A stretch of 34,315 nt of DNA, from the IMG/VR virus record IMGVR_UViG_3300002301_000042, positions 1 to 34,315 of that record. One strand, 5' to 3'. This document shows positions 1 through 9,791 of this stretch, piece after piece. Both the position numbers and the translations under genes were made by a program. A model generated the notes under the pieces. That model searched no databases. It saw only the letters and a program-made list of their open reading frames with translations, and was not told the DNA's origin. The stretch is from a virus. Its lineage: Duplodnaviria; Caudoviricetes. The stretch's first letter is position 1. Each line of letters begins with the position of its first letter.

Positions 1-85
1 TTATAGACTGGTAGCCTGTGTTGCCTATTTTAGTCGGCTTTCCTGTAGCACCGAATCCTTTTCCTCCGCCCATAGATGTAGACAT
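1..85 (-). CDS. 5' part of a virion/ejection-type protein running off the window
   Basis: ATG at 85 preceded by GAGGT; open to the window edge (MSTSMGGGKGFGATGKPTKIGNTGYQSI). Same strand as the tail genes; function inferred from position only. Confidence 0.55.
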   Translation of the reverse strand, partial: MSTSMGGGKGFGATGKPTKIGNTGYQSI

Positions 86-105
86 ATATTACCTCATTTT
101 TCTCT

Positions 106-134
106 ATGTTAGGCTGTAAAGATATTTGTTGCAA
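106..134 (-). promoter_or_regulatory. sigma70-like promoter
   Basis: Minus strand TTGCAA-17 nt-TAACAT upstream of the ATG at 85. Confidence 0.45.
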
Positions 135-195
135 TGGATTCAAGAAAAGATTCGGACTACACGATTTTGAACAAATGTGCTAAAGTTATACGCAT

Positions 196-1710
196 ATGAA
201 AAAAGAACTCAGAAATTATCAGAAAGAAGCTTTGGAATGTATTATACAAAGTTTTAAAGAAAATAATAGACAAATAGTAGTACTTCCTACTGGAAGTGGT
301 AAGACAGTTTTGTTTGCCAACCTTCTAGATAAGTTGAATCTCAAAACTTTAATAATCGCTCATACTCAAGAACTTCTGCATCAAATTCAAAACACAATTT
401 ATAAAGAATGCGTGTTAAATAAAAGTTCAATATATGTTTCAAAAAATAAGATCCGAGAAAATGTCACTATCTGCTCTTTTCAACAGGCAATAATGTCTAA
501 GACATTGGAAAGATTCAAGGAGGAGAATTTTGAACTTTTGATCATAGATGAATGTCATAGAGCTGCTTGCATTGGTTATAGAAAAATAATTCATCAACTA
601 GGATTTGAAAAGAAGAATCTCATAGGATTCACAGCTACTCCATTCAGAACTGATGGACAATTGCTGCATCAAATATTTGGTAAAACAAGTTACGAACTCA
701 ACATTCTAGAAATGATAGATAGTGGATATTTGGTTGATCTAGAAGGATATAAAGTAAAAACAAACATTTCTCTCAAGGGAATTGAAAGAAAACGTGGAGA
801 TTTTTCTTCTTCTCAATTGGAATCTGTCATCAACACTAAAAATAGAAACGATATCATAGTAAAAAGCTATTTAGATCTTGCAAAAGGAGAAAAAGCAGTA
901 GCTTTTTGTGCAGGAATAAATCATTCCAATGAATTAAAGGAATGCTTTGAAGAAAATGGTATTGTCTGCGAGTCATTGCATGGAAAAATACCTAAACAGA
1001 GAAGAAAAGAAATCATATCTGCGTTTAAAGATGGAGGAATAACCGTTCTGACAAATTGTAACCTTCTCACTGAAGGATTTGATGAGCCTTCAATCAGTAC
1101 TTTACTGATGTGTAGACCCACGACTAGTAAAACTCTTTACATACAAATGATAGGAAGGGGAGCAAGACTCTATCCAGGAAAGGAAAAATGCAAAATCATA
1201 GAGTTCACGGATAATGCGTTCAATATTTGTTCCATGTCTGATTTAGTAGAATCCAATGGAAGAATCAAAATGAGAGATAGAGAATCTCTCAAAGAATATA
1301 AAGATCGAGTAAAGAAAGAATTGGAAGAAATTGCTACCTCTACTGTGATTGAAAAATATGAGATCATCAATAAATTGAAGGTAGGAGACTATCATAAGGG
1401 ATTCAAGATACAGAGAGAACTTTACAGAGATACCAATAGAAAAGATTACTTCATCATTGTTCACGAATGCGGATCTATTTATACGTGTCCTAAAAACAAA
1501 ATCATGGAAGTAGAAAACTGTATTTTTTGCTCTATGATCAAGAGTCAAAAGACTAATTGCATAAAGATTGAAAAAATATTTGATAATATAACTTTATTTT
1601 TTGGATGTATATGCGGAAAAATCAAGTCTTCTGAAATATCTAAGGATTTAAGCTTATTTGATGCTTTGAAAAACTCAAAAGAATGTAGGTGTAAAGATGG
1701 CGGGTCATAA
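196..1710 (+). CDS. Superfamily 2 DExH-box helicase (Irc3/RadD-like) with Cys-rich C-terminal extension
   Basis: Q motif LRNYQ, Walker A LPTGSGKT, DECH, TATP, LTEGFDEP and QMIGRGAR motifs; C-terminal HECG..C..CxxC and GCICG..CRC. Confidence 0.92.
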   Translation: MKKELRNYQKEALECIIQSFKENNRQIVVLPTGSGKTVLFANLLDKLNLKTLIIAHTQELLHQIQNTIYKECVLNKSSIYVSKNKIRENVTICSFQQAIMSKTLERFKEENFELLIIDECHRAACIGYRKIIHQLGFEKKNLIGFTATPFRTDGQLLHQIFGKTSYELNILEMIDSGYLVDLEGYKVKTNISLKGIERKRGDFSSSQLESVINTKNRNDIIVKSYLDLAKGEKAVAFCAGINHSNELKECFEENGIVCESLHGKIPKQRRKEIISAFKDGGITVLTNCNLLTEGFDEPSISTLLMCRPTTSKTLYIQMIGRGARLYPGKEKCKIIEFTDNAFNICSMSDLVESNGRIKMRDRESLKEYKDRVKKELEEIATSTVIEKYEIINKLKVGDYHKGFKIQRELYRDTNRKDYFIIVHECGSIYTCPKNKIMEVENCIFCSMIKSQKTNCIKIEKIFDNITLFFGCICGKIKSSEISKDLSLFDALKNSKECRCKDGGS

Positions 1711-2524
1711 AAATAAGAAAAATGTAACGGGAATGAAAATAAATAATCTAGAAATACTGGAGGAATTTTCCGTTCCATATACAGGAACAAATCCTAGAAG
1801 AAAAACGGCTCCTAAATTGAGATGTAAATGTGTTTGTGGGAATATTTTTGAAGCCTGGCGAACCAATGTTCTAAATAATAAAACAAAGGGATGTTTGAGA
1901 TGCTCTAATATTTCTTTCAAAATTGGAGATAAAATCGGATCTTTGACAATCCTAGGAAGAGATCTGTCGAAGAAAAGTGCCACCTTCAAATGCCTGTGTG
2001 ACTGTGGACATGAATGTTTAGTTCTGAGTCGTCATCTATCCCGTGGTCTTGATAAAAGATGTGAAAGATGTAGATATCCTGGTAAATATACGCCTAAGAT
2101 TCTAAGATCTAAGGAAGAAATGCAGATCCTTTTAAAAGAAAGAGCAAAATTAAAACATCAAAAAGCACACGACAAAAAAATCGGTAAAAAATTTCATAAA
2201 CTACAAGTTCTAGAATTTTCTTATTGGGAAAAAGGAACAAAGAGGAACAGAGCTTTTTACAAGTGTCAATGTGATTGCGGAAATATTTTAGATGTCCGAT
2301 CTGATCAATTGGGAAATGGTGTTTCTAGCTGTGGATGTTTGCATATTGAAAATGCTCCTAGAGGAGAAAAAAATCCTCATTCAAAACATACGAATGAACA
2401 AGCGAGACAAATGAGAGAAATGTATTCCAGCGGTCTATTCACCCAAAGAGAGATATCTAAAATGTTCGATTCTGATGAAACATCTGTCAGCAGAATCATT
2501 AGAAATATAGCTTACAAAAAATAA
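1697..2524 (+). CDS. Cys-repeat DNA-binding protein with C-terminal HTH, related to homing-endonuclease accessory domains
   Basis: Three CxCxCG repeats (CKCVCGN, CLCDCGH, CQCDCGN..SCGC) and the tail RGEKNPHSK..TQREISKMF..VSRII typical of HNH-associated HTHs; no HNH catalytic motif seen. Confidence 0.7.
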   Translation: MAGHKNKKNVTGMKINNLEILEEFSVPYTGTNPRRKTAPKLRCKCVCGNIFEAWRTNVLNNKTKGCLRCSNISFKIGDKIGSLTILGRDLSKKSATFKCLCDCGHECLVLSRHLSRGLDKRCERCRYPGKYTPKILRSKEEMQILLKERAKLKHQKAHDKKIGKKFHKLQVLEFSYWEKGTKRNRAFYKCQCDCGNILDVRSDQLGNGVSSCGCLHIENAPRGEKNPHSKHTNEQARQMREMYSSGLFTQREISKMFDSDETSVSRIIRNIAYKK

Positions 2525-2995
2525 TTAGGCATTACTAAGCCAAGTAAGCACTATTCGCCCTGATGTCAAACTAGGTGCACCTGCATCGACTTCAAAAACT
2601 ATATCAGTAGAGGTTAAATAGAACGATATCTGGTTAGGTATTGTTCCTCCGTTAGATCCGTACATAAGACCATAGCCGTTAGTTCCGTCAGTATAGGAGC
2701 CAAAGCAACTGGTGAACTGATTAGGATCAGTAACTTGTACGTTATGAGGGATATTGGATGTGCTGGTAAACGTATAGACCTGGCGTAGGGTCTGTTGCTT
2801 GGCAGAAGTTATAAAATAAGTCTCACCTGTGATAGCAGGTCTTGTTGTAGGGAACAGTCCTATAATTCTATCATTAACTGCTGCTGCTATATCCACATAG
2901 GATTTATTAGATTCAACTGTAAGTTGATTTAGGTCTTCTGGAAAGTTACGAGATGTTCGTAAGAATGCGACGGGGTTAACGACATTTGACGACAT
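2525..2995 (-). CDS. Virion tail-associated protein
   Basis: 156-aa ORF with AAGGA RBS, directly downstream of the nozzle-like gene; Ser/Thr/Gly beta-type composition. Confidence 0.6.
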   Translation of the reverse strand: MSSNVVNPVAFLRTSRNFPEDLNQLTVESNKSYVDIAAAVNDRIIGLFPTTRPAITGETYFITSAKQQTLRQVYTFTSTSNIPHNVQVTDPNQFTSCFGSYTDGTNGYGLMYGSNGGTIPNQISFYLTSTDIVFEVDAGAPSLTSGRIVLTWLSNA

Positions 2996-3025
2996 TATTT
3001 ATTCCTTTAAATTCACCCAAGTTTT

Positions 3026-5806
3026 TCAAGAAAGCAACTGCGAAGGCTGGATATCCAAAATCATAGAATGGAATTCTACCTCACTAAAGGCATTGATAGG
3101 GCCGTTATTATCATCCACCATAAACATTTGCTCATCAGCTATGGTAAATCCAATTTGTACAGTATCTCCTAGAAGAGATGTATTCATTCTATGCCAGATC
3201 TGTTGTTGCTGCATAGCTGTTGGAGTGTTGAGATTTATGTTTGCAGCTGTAAGACCTATGTCTGTGCTTTCGGGACAGGTATAAAGAACTGTGCTGTAGA
3301 TCAGAGAATTGTTTACTACATTGTTTGAAGGAACTATTGGGCTATCATTATATGCAGATGAGGAGTTTTGAGATAAGAAGATCAACAGTGCTATCTGAGA
3401 ATACGGAACATCTGTGTTGCTGAAAAGATACTGTTGAGGCCCTAGTCTAGTCTTTCTAGCCATATCCCAAGATATAGGAAATTGCTTAGTCTGTATGAAT
3501 GGAACATAAGCTCTCGTGATCATTCCACCACCTAAATATGTCCCTGTGGGAGTAGGAACATTAGGATTTTCAATGGTAAAGGTGTTCATTGTGATAGGAA
3601 GAACCTTATAGATATTTCCGTTGATGTTAGAAACTCCTAAGCATCCGGTTATGACGACAAAGTCGCCACTATTAAGCTGATGGTATGGAGAAGTGATTGT
3701 ATTCCCTGAAATAGCAGTGATGTAAAGAGAAGCCCCTTCACCCGTTCCTATGTCTTTTACAAGAACAAATCCCTGATGATTTCCTCCTATCACCTGTGGA
3801 TTCAGCAATGTAGATTTGCTAGAATTCCAAGGGTCTGTCCATTGGCTCCATGTAGGATAGAATTGTCCCACTGTAGCCCAAGTAAATCCTGTAACCCTGC
3901 GATAGAGTCCATAAGTAGTATAACATTCATTGAATATAGCAAAGGAATCATCTCGGTAGTTGTAGAAAATAGACTGATTAGGGAATGGATAAGATGTTGT
4001 GTTAGAATTTCCTTCTCTATAAGTAAAATACACCCATTCATCAGTAAAGTTACGAGCAGAGCACATCCTTTCAGATCCGTTGCTAGTCAATGATATTTCA
4101 AAGGCATTGTCCGGAACTTGCAGATCAAAACGTTGAGATCCTGTTTGAGAGGAGACAGAAAATCCTCTGCTACCTCTTGTAAGAACTCCCTTATCCATGA
4201 CAATGGCAGAAAACGTGCTGGAAGATCCGTACTCCGAATTAACAATGAATAAATTGAAAGGAACTAAGTCATTTCCTGTGTAGGTAAGCCTTGTCTGAAA
4301 GTTAGGAGCAAATCCTATCAATAGAACATCTTCGTTAGGAGCTACTGTTATAATAGGTTGATCAAGTCCTGATGTAAAATAACCACCAAATCCTATCTGA
4401 TCTTCAAACCAAGATGGAGAAGTTGCTGATTGATTAGCAGGAACTAATAAAGGGTTGAATATGTTAGTTGGATTGACAGGAGTTTCCTTGGTAGCATCAG
4501 GAGTGTTTGTATAGGAAGCTGTGTAGTAAGGAGTACCATTTTGACTATAGATAATCGTATCTTGGCAATAAATAGGCAATCCTGTCGATGTCTGAATCAC
4601 AGGGCCAAAGAACAAGAGCCTGTCCTTGAAAGGTAGGACAAGTCTAGCTCCTACAAGGTAATATTGAGCTAAAGGGTTATCTGCTATAGAGAAAGATGCT
4701 TGTGAGAGAGGAGGAGCAAAATTAACCCATCCAAGTCCTGATGTTACAGTAGGAATACCATCATACCAACGAAGGCAATCTATACTGGTTACATTTCCAT
4801 CAGAATCTAGAGCATTATTAGTTAAATATTGAAGGATACCTGGGGTCAATCCATCATTAGTTATCGTGGCGAATGGAAATTTAATCGTATATGTAGTCAC
4901 ACCCATTGAAGTTATTATAGAAGTGACATAACCAGTCTGAAAATTGATTGTGGGGGCAGAAGTTCCCGTAAATTCATTAGCAAAAACGAAGTCTCCTACC
5001 ACAAGAGATACAGGCTGTGAAAAAATGAAAGCTACTGTAGTTGCTGAAACAAACGTAGCAGAAGTAATGCTGGCAGATGGAATAAATATCATGCCTATGT
5101 TGGTTGTGGTATAGGGAACTGTGATCCCATTCGTAGTCCACATGGAGTTCTGATAGTTAGTTGTCCAGAATTGCTGATAGTTTTGTCCATTCCATTTAAG
5201 AGCTGTTAGAGAAGATTTAGCTGTATATCCAGGCATAGTAGAAGAATTAGCCTGTGGATTCTTATAGAAGCTTACGTCAGTGATTGCAGCGGGAGTTCCG
5301 CCTGTTATGTTATAGGAATAAGCTGTATCAAAACCTACTGTTCCAGGGAATACACCGACTCCTGGGATAAACTCTTCAAGACCCATCACAGGAAGTGCAG
5401 GATAGTAGGAATATGTGCCTACAACTGTTTCAGAGGCCCCAGAAACGATTGTTAGTACCCCAGTGGCATAGTTTATGGTTCCGCCTGTTCCAGTGCCTTC
5501 TGTGGCCGTTAAAGTGCCATTCTTTAAAGGGTCTGTGTAAACTGTTCCATCTGTACCGCCTGTTATGCTGATAGTACCTGGAACGACAGGAGCTGTTAGA
5601 GTGATAGATCCGCTTGTAAGGCTGGAAGAAAGGGAAATAGACCGTTGCAGTCGACCTAAAAGGGAGGTTCCTCTCTTTCTTTTGACACGTCCTCTCCATT
5701 GATAAGCGTTAGTGAGTTCAGGAAAGGAGTCATTGTCTATGACAAAGGCTGTGCGGTTAGTTGTTTGACCTTTATCTATAGGGCCTACGACAAGTTTTTC
5801 GCCCAT
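3026..5806 (-). CDS. Putative tail nozzle / DNA stabilisation protein (tubular B or P22 gp10-like)
   Basis: 926 aa, beta-rich, N-terminal NAYQWRGRVKRKRG, internal FKDRLLFF, small inserted beta domains (HQLNSGDFVVITG); position after the adaptor gene. Confidence 0.65.
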   Translation of the reverse strand: MGEKLVVGPIDKGQTTNRTAFVIDNDSFPELTNAYQWRGRVKRKRGTSLLGRLQRSISLSSSLTSGSITLTAPVVPGTISITGGTDGTVYTDPLKNGTLTATEGTGTGGTINYATGVLTIVSGASETVVGTYSYYPALPVMGLEEFIPGVGVFPGTVGFDTAYSYNITGGTPAAITDVSFYKNPQANSSTMPGYTAKSSLTALKWNGQNYQQFWTTNYQNSMWTTNGITVPYTTTNIGMIFIPSASITSATFVSATTVAFIFSQPVSLVVGDFVFANEFTGTSAPTINFQTGYVTSIITSMGVTTYTIKFPFATITNDGLTPGILQYLTNNALDSDGNVTSIDCLRWYDGIPTVTSGLGWVNFAPPLSQASFSIADNPLAQYYLVGARLVLPFKDRLLFFGPVIQTSTGLPIYCQDTIIYSQNGTPYYTASYTNTPDATKETPVNPTNIFNPLLVPANQSATSPSWFEDQIGFGGYFTSGLDQPIITVAPNEDVLLIGFAPNFQTRLTYTGNDLVPFNLFIVNSEYGSSSTFSAIVMDKGVLTRGSRGFSVSSQTGSQRFDLQVPDNAFEISLTSNGSERMCSARNFTDEWVYFTYREGNSNTTSYPFPNQSIFYNYRDDSFAIFNECYTTYGLYRRVTGFTWATVGQFYPTWSQWTDPWNSSKSTLLNPQVIGGNHQGFVLVKDIGTGEGASLYITAISGNTITSPYHQLNSGDFVVITGCLGVSNINGNIYKVLPITMNTFTIENPNVPTPTGTYLGGGMITRAYVPFIQTKQFPISWDMARKTRLGPQQYLFSNTDVPYSQIALLIFLSQNSSSAYNDSPIVPSNNVVNNSLIYSTVLYTCPESTDIGLTAANINLNTPTAMQQQQIWHRMNTSLLGDTVQIGFTIADEQMFMVDDNNGPINAFSEVEFHSMILDIQPSQLLS

Positions 5807-6403
5807 TTATACCTGCAATATTACGAAACTGATTTGTCCGCTGTTTGAAGCTGAAGTAAGGGTTAGAACGTTGCTGGCAAAAGACCATCCAGGTGTGAAG
5901 GTGGTTCCTGTTGTATTGGTCAATACGATTACATTATTTCCAGTACACGTTCCGGCAATCAAGTTGATGACATAAGTTTTTGTGCCAGATCCACCTGTAT
6001 TTGAAATCGTTCCATTTACATTGAATTGAGATGTAGGAGTAATAGCACTTGTGGATTCTGAAGCTGTAAAAGTAGCTCCGGCCTTGATGATAGAAGCTGG
6101 AAATATACCTAAAGGATTCACCGTATATAGATTTGTTTCAGTTCCTCCTGTGCCATTAGTGTAGACAGAAGGTCTTGAGCCTGGATAGGTGATAGCTAGA
6201 GCTGATCCTAATGTTGGAGTCTGATTAGCATAAAAGGTAGTTTGTAGATGCGTTCCGCTAGGTGCTGATGAGGAAGTATTGAACGTATTATGATCAATGG
6301 CCCATATGGAAGATACAGCATTTGTATTTTCGGTAAGGTTGGGCTGATCGACCGAGGGATCGTTAGAGGAAACTGGCGTGTTAAGTGTATATGAAATGCT
6401 CAA
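5807..6403 (-). CDS. Virion structural protein (198 aa, probable TTG start)
   Basis: The ORF-track start at 6505 lies 100 nt inside the upstream gene. TTG at 6403 overlaps the upstream TGA (TTGA coupling) and marks where Ser/Thr-rich composition begins. Confidence 0.6.
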   Translation of the reverse strand: MSISYTLNTPVSSNDPSVDQPNLTENTNAVSSIWAIDHNTFNTSSSAPSGTHLQTTFYANQTPTLGSALAITYPGSRPSVYTNGTGGTETNLYTVNPLGIFPASIIKAGATFTASESTSAITPTSQFNVNGTISNTGGSGTKTYVINLIAGTCTGNNVIVLTNTTGTTFTPGWSFASNVLTLTSASNSGQISFVILQV

Positions 6404-7551
6404 TTTGTACCTGTCCCTATTGAATTTGTTCCGTTTTGACCTTGTGAGGAAGAAAAAATCGTCTGGGTTCTTGTAGATGTAAACTGACGTTGGCTTCTTT
6501 TCCAAACAAGTTGTTCTTGTTCTCTAAACAGTGGTTCATAGAATTGAAACTGTTCTACATCACCTGTGTCTGAAAGAATCTTACGAGCAGCACCTCTTGC
6601 TATGTATTCACACATGTAACCAAATTGCACGGCTTGAGAAGATGCTAGGAATGCTGCTGGTGATAGATAGGCTTCAAGCTCTACGAGGTATGAAATATCA
6701 CATGGAGGTCTGATCGTTATAACGTTATTATAATACAAAATCCCTCTAGGAACGCCTTGCTCATAGAAGTAGCACTGAGCATTGATGTTAGATCCATCTT
6801 CTACATCTGCCGGAAAGTTAACTACTGCCACGCCTGTTTCATAGTTTACTGTATTGCTGGTTGTACTATATCCACCTGCACAAGCTGAATTACCAAAAGG
6901 AGCTGATCCTGGATTCATTAAGAGTCCATAATTTTGCGCTCCTGAAAGGAATTGACCGGAATCTGCTACGACCATCGTTTGACCTGATGTTCCTGTAGCA
7001 GTGAAAAAAACTCCTGAATAGACGCTTGTAGAAGGAATTGTAGTAAGGAAATCAGATACAATTGGTGGATCGCCATAAACTGAGTTTGTAGCAACAATCC
7101 CTGTCATATCAACATGTCCCGGAATAGCCGGAAAGAAAGGAAGGTCTATGGTGTAAGGCCCAGATGTTCCATTTCCTGTTGTAGCAGGAGTTAGGGCTTG
7201 TAGATAATTAGGCCATAGGTTCCAAAAATCTTGTCTTTGAGTAAAGAAAGGCACTTGTATCCCATTAACAGTAGCAAGAGGCATGAAGCCTTGATAAACC
7301 GGATAGGAAGCTATTTCTTGCGATCCAGGTTCTGTTTGGACTGTATACAAGGGCATGTTGTATGAGTCGATTCCTGGGGTTGTCTGAAAGCGATAAAGGG
7401 TCTTGAAATCGAAGAGCTGAACTCTGGCATCTATGTCAGTGATCCAAAAGCGGTTTATGTAATCTATGATCAAATTATCGGATATCATAGCGTTGGACGG
7501 ACTTTTGATGATCCGTCTGACATAGGTGATGACATCTCCCAACAAGAACAT
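6400..7551 (-). CDS. Putative head-tail adaptor (tubular A-like)
   Basis: 383 aa with helical N-terminus (DVITYVRRII..IIDYINRF) and C-terminus (EYIARGAARKIL) around a beta insert; position between head and nozzle genes. Confidence 0.6.
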   Translation of the reverse strand: MFLLGDVITYVRRIIKSPSNAMISDNLIIDYINRFWITDIDARVQLFDFKTLYRFQTTPGIDSYNMPLYTVQTEPGSQEIASYPVYQGFMPLATVNGIQVPFFTQRQDFWNLWPNYLQALTPATTGNGTSGPYTIDLPFFPAIPGHVDMTGIVATNSVYGDPPIVSDFLTTIPSTSVYSGVFFTATGTSGQTMVVADSGQFLSGAQNYGLLMNPGSAPFGNSACAGGYSTTSNTVNYETGVAVVNFPADVEDGSNINAQCYFYEQGVPRGILYYNNVITIRPPCDISYLVELEAYLSPAAFLASSQAVQFGYMCEYIARGAARKILSDTGDVEQFQFYEPLFREQEQLVWKRSQRQFTSTRTQTIFSSSQGQNGTNSIGTGTN

Positions 7552-7579
7552 ATATTAAACCTTTTACTTTACTGAGATC

Positions 7580-8161
7580 TTACCAAGAACTCTTACCCAT
7601 AAACAAGGACTTTCTTGCAGAAACAGGATAGCAGTCTAATCTTTGGATTGTAGTGTCCATAGCCATAGAACCATAGTACTTGCCCATGCCATCAGCACCT
7701 GTCACATTATCTTGCATAACGAGCCTGTGGTAGTATTTTCTCTTGATCTGCTCGGCTAGATAGCGAGGCCCCCAAACAGGGGTATTTACAGGAACGTCCC
7801 ATTCTTCTGCCGGGATTCCAGGAAAAGGTTTAGTCCAGAGATCTAATGACTCTCCGATTATTTCTTTGTTTTCAGCAATGAAGTGAACATATTCTTTAGC
7901 AAATTCCCAAGCTTCTTTAAACTTTTCATTGAATTTATCCTTGCAACCGACTCTTTTTTTAGGTTTAAGATAGATTTCCTTAGCCTTCTGTATCTGATTG
8001 GTGGAAAGCTTTGTCTGCGTGTCTTCGGCATCTCCCGCGGGAGCGAAAGATCTTTGTTCCACTAGGTCTTTTACACTAGAATCAAAGGCATTAAATTGAT
8101 CTTGTACTTTGTCTAGTTCTTTTTCTACGAAGGAAGAGGATGCTTTTGGTTTTTCTGCCAT
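7580..8161 (-). CDS. Hypothetical morphogenesis-region protein
   Basis: 193-aa ORF with AGGT RBS, co-oriented with structural genes. Confidence 0.7.
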   Translation of the reverse strand: MAEKPKASSSFVEKELDKVQDQFNAFDSSVKDLVEQRSFAPAGDAEDTQTKLSTNQIQKAKEIYLKPKKRVGCKDKFNEKFKEAWEFAKEYVHFIAENKEIIGESLDLWTKPFPGIPAEEWDVPVNTPVWGPRYLAEQIKRKYYHRLVMQDNVTGADGMGKYYGSMAMDTTIQRLDCYPVSARKSLFMGKSSW

Positions 8162-8207
8162 ATAATACCTATAGTAAAATGTTTACTACTAGCTTATATA
8201 GAAATAT

Positions 8208-8630
8208 TTAAGATATGTCAATAAAACTACCGGGAACATAGGTTGTTTGACCTGTTATTCCTGTGTTGATTTGTCCTGAATTTACATCACCTATCGCAGT
8301 GATTTGAGCAGGAACAAGGCCAAATGATGGAGAACTGATAAATGAGTCGTATTCTGTTGAATCAATATCCACCACAACTTCCAGAGCTGATGGGATAGAT
8401 ACAACATATGCTGTCTGATTGTTAATTTGTCGCATTCCATAGGAATAGGGAACTGTGATCCTTACTTGTTGGCCTATGACATAGTTAGGTTCTACAGTAA
8501 TACCTCCTGCATCTGTTGCTGTCATAGTGATTGTTGTTGTTCTTCCTGCGCTAATGGCAGAAATAGGGAATCTAGAGGGCTGGTAGTACCACGGATTGAT
8601 GGGGGGATTTGATTCCGGAGCTATTGACAT
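8208..8630 (-). CDS. Small virion beta-domain protein
   Basis: 140 aa; shares motifs with the C-terminal half of the 359-aa neighbour (ISAIS.G.TTTIT, GQQ, AQ..A.GDVNSG). Confidence 0.7.
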   Translation of the reverse strand: MSIAPESNPPINPWYYQPSRFPISAISAGRTTTITMTATDAGGITVEPNYVIGQQVRITVPYSYGMRQINNQTAYVVSIPSALEVVVDIDSTEYDSFISSPSFGLVPAQITAIGDVNSGQINTGITGQTTYVPGSFIDIS

Positions 8631-8633
8631 AAT

Positions 8634-8662
8634 AAAAAAAGGGGTAAGATTTCTCCTACCCC
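8634..8662 (-). terminator. Rho-independent terminator of the capsid operon
   Basis: Minus strand GGGGTAGGA-GAAA-TCTTACCCC followed by T7. Confidence 0.8.
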
Positions 8663-8702
8663 AAACATACCAACTATTAGATATTTTCTAACAGTTCAAT
8701 CT

Positions 8703-9782
8703 CTACGTATGGTAATCGTTAAACTGCGCCTCGAAATACCAGACCTGAGATGCAACACTGGCAACGGTTGCTCCTACAGAGAATCCTTGGAATGTATTGT
8801 TTACATACGCTCCATAGATTGCAGGGCCGTTGATAGTGTTATATCCATTCACAACAGGTGGCGGATACAAACTTGCGCCTGCATACGGAGTTCCACCTGA
8901 GTTCACATCGCCCACAGCTTTTACTTGAGCAGGAGATAATCCTGCTTTTATTTGAGCGACTGTTGGATCGCTGTTAAATGCTGTGAATGATGTTGAATTA
9001 GCGTTACATACAAAAGTCAGACTATTAGTAACCGAAGTTACATAATAGTACTGAGGACTTGCAGGAATGCTTGAATTTGGCAATTCGTTCAACTGAGTTG
9101 TACCCCAAGCAGATGGGATGTTGAATGCAATCTGTTGACCTACAACAAAATTGTGGGGAGCCGCTGTTGTGATAGTAGTTGTACTGCCTGTGCTGATTGC
9201 TTCGATGAATGAAACACCGGGAGCATACAGGAAAGGATACAGTACTTTCATAACATAAGCACCGGAAGGAGAACCACTCAAAGCAGTGTAGTTTGTTTGG
9301 TTCATGTTCCAGTTTACAATGAAGTTGTTCGCATCTGTGATGGTTGTAACTTCCATAGGGATACCACTCAATTGTGGCATACCTGTGGTTGAAGACTGGT
9401 ACATACCAACAAACATAACCACATCACCTACCGCATATCCGTGAGCTGTTACGTTCACGCTTGAAGTAGACTTTGTTGTAGCAATGACTTGCTGTTTGGC
9501 ACCAAATTGAAGCAGCAAACCCGCACTGAAGGTAGAAATACCTAAAGTAGTAGTAGCAGCAGGAACTAAAGCCAATGTGGTTGCTGTAATGGTTTCGTAG
9601 AGCGCAGCTCCTTGACCCATTGCATAATCCCAATACGCCTTAGCAGACCATGTCGCAGTTGGTGTAGTATACGCTGTAAAGTTATAAAGCTTTACAGTGT
9701 CCGGTTGGAATGGAAGCGCAATCAAATTGGTTCCTCCATTCGATGTAAAATGCCCTTTTGCTAATCTTGAATATTCAGCCAT
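8703..9782 (-). CDS. Virion structural / capsid decoration-like protein with two beta-domain repeats
   Basis: 359 aa, GGAGG RBS, directly after the capsid gene; repeats TAHGYAVGDVVMF and APHNFVVGQQIAF. Confidence 0.7.
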   Translation of the reverse strand: MAEYSRLAKGHFTSNGGTNLIALPFQPDTVKLYNFTAYTTPTATWSAKAYWDYAMGQGAALYETITATTLALVPAATTTLGISTFSAGLLLQFGAKQQVIATTKSTSSVNVTAHGYAVGDVVMFVGMYQSSTTGMPQLSGIPMEVTTITDANNFIVNWNMNQTNYTALSGSPSGAYVMKVLYPFLYAPGVSFIEAISTGSTTTITTAAPHNFVVGQQIAFNIPSAWGTTQLNELPNSSIPASPQYYYVTSVTNSLTFVCNANSTSFTAFNSDPTVAQIKAGLSPAQVKAVGDVNSGGTPYAGASLYPPPVVNGYNTINGPAIYGAYVNNTFQGFSVGATVASVASQVWYFEAQFNDYHT

Positions 9783-9791
9783 AAAACCTCC

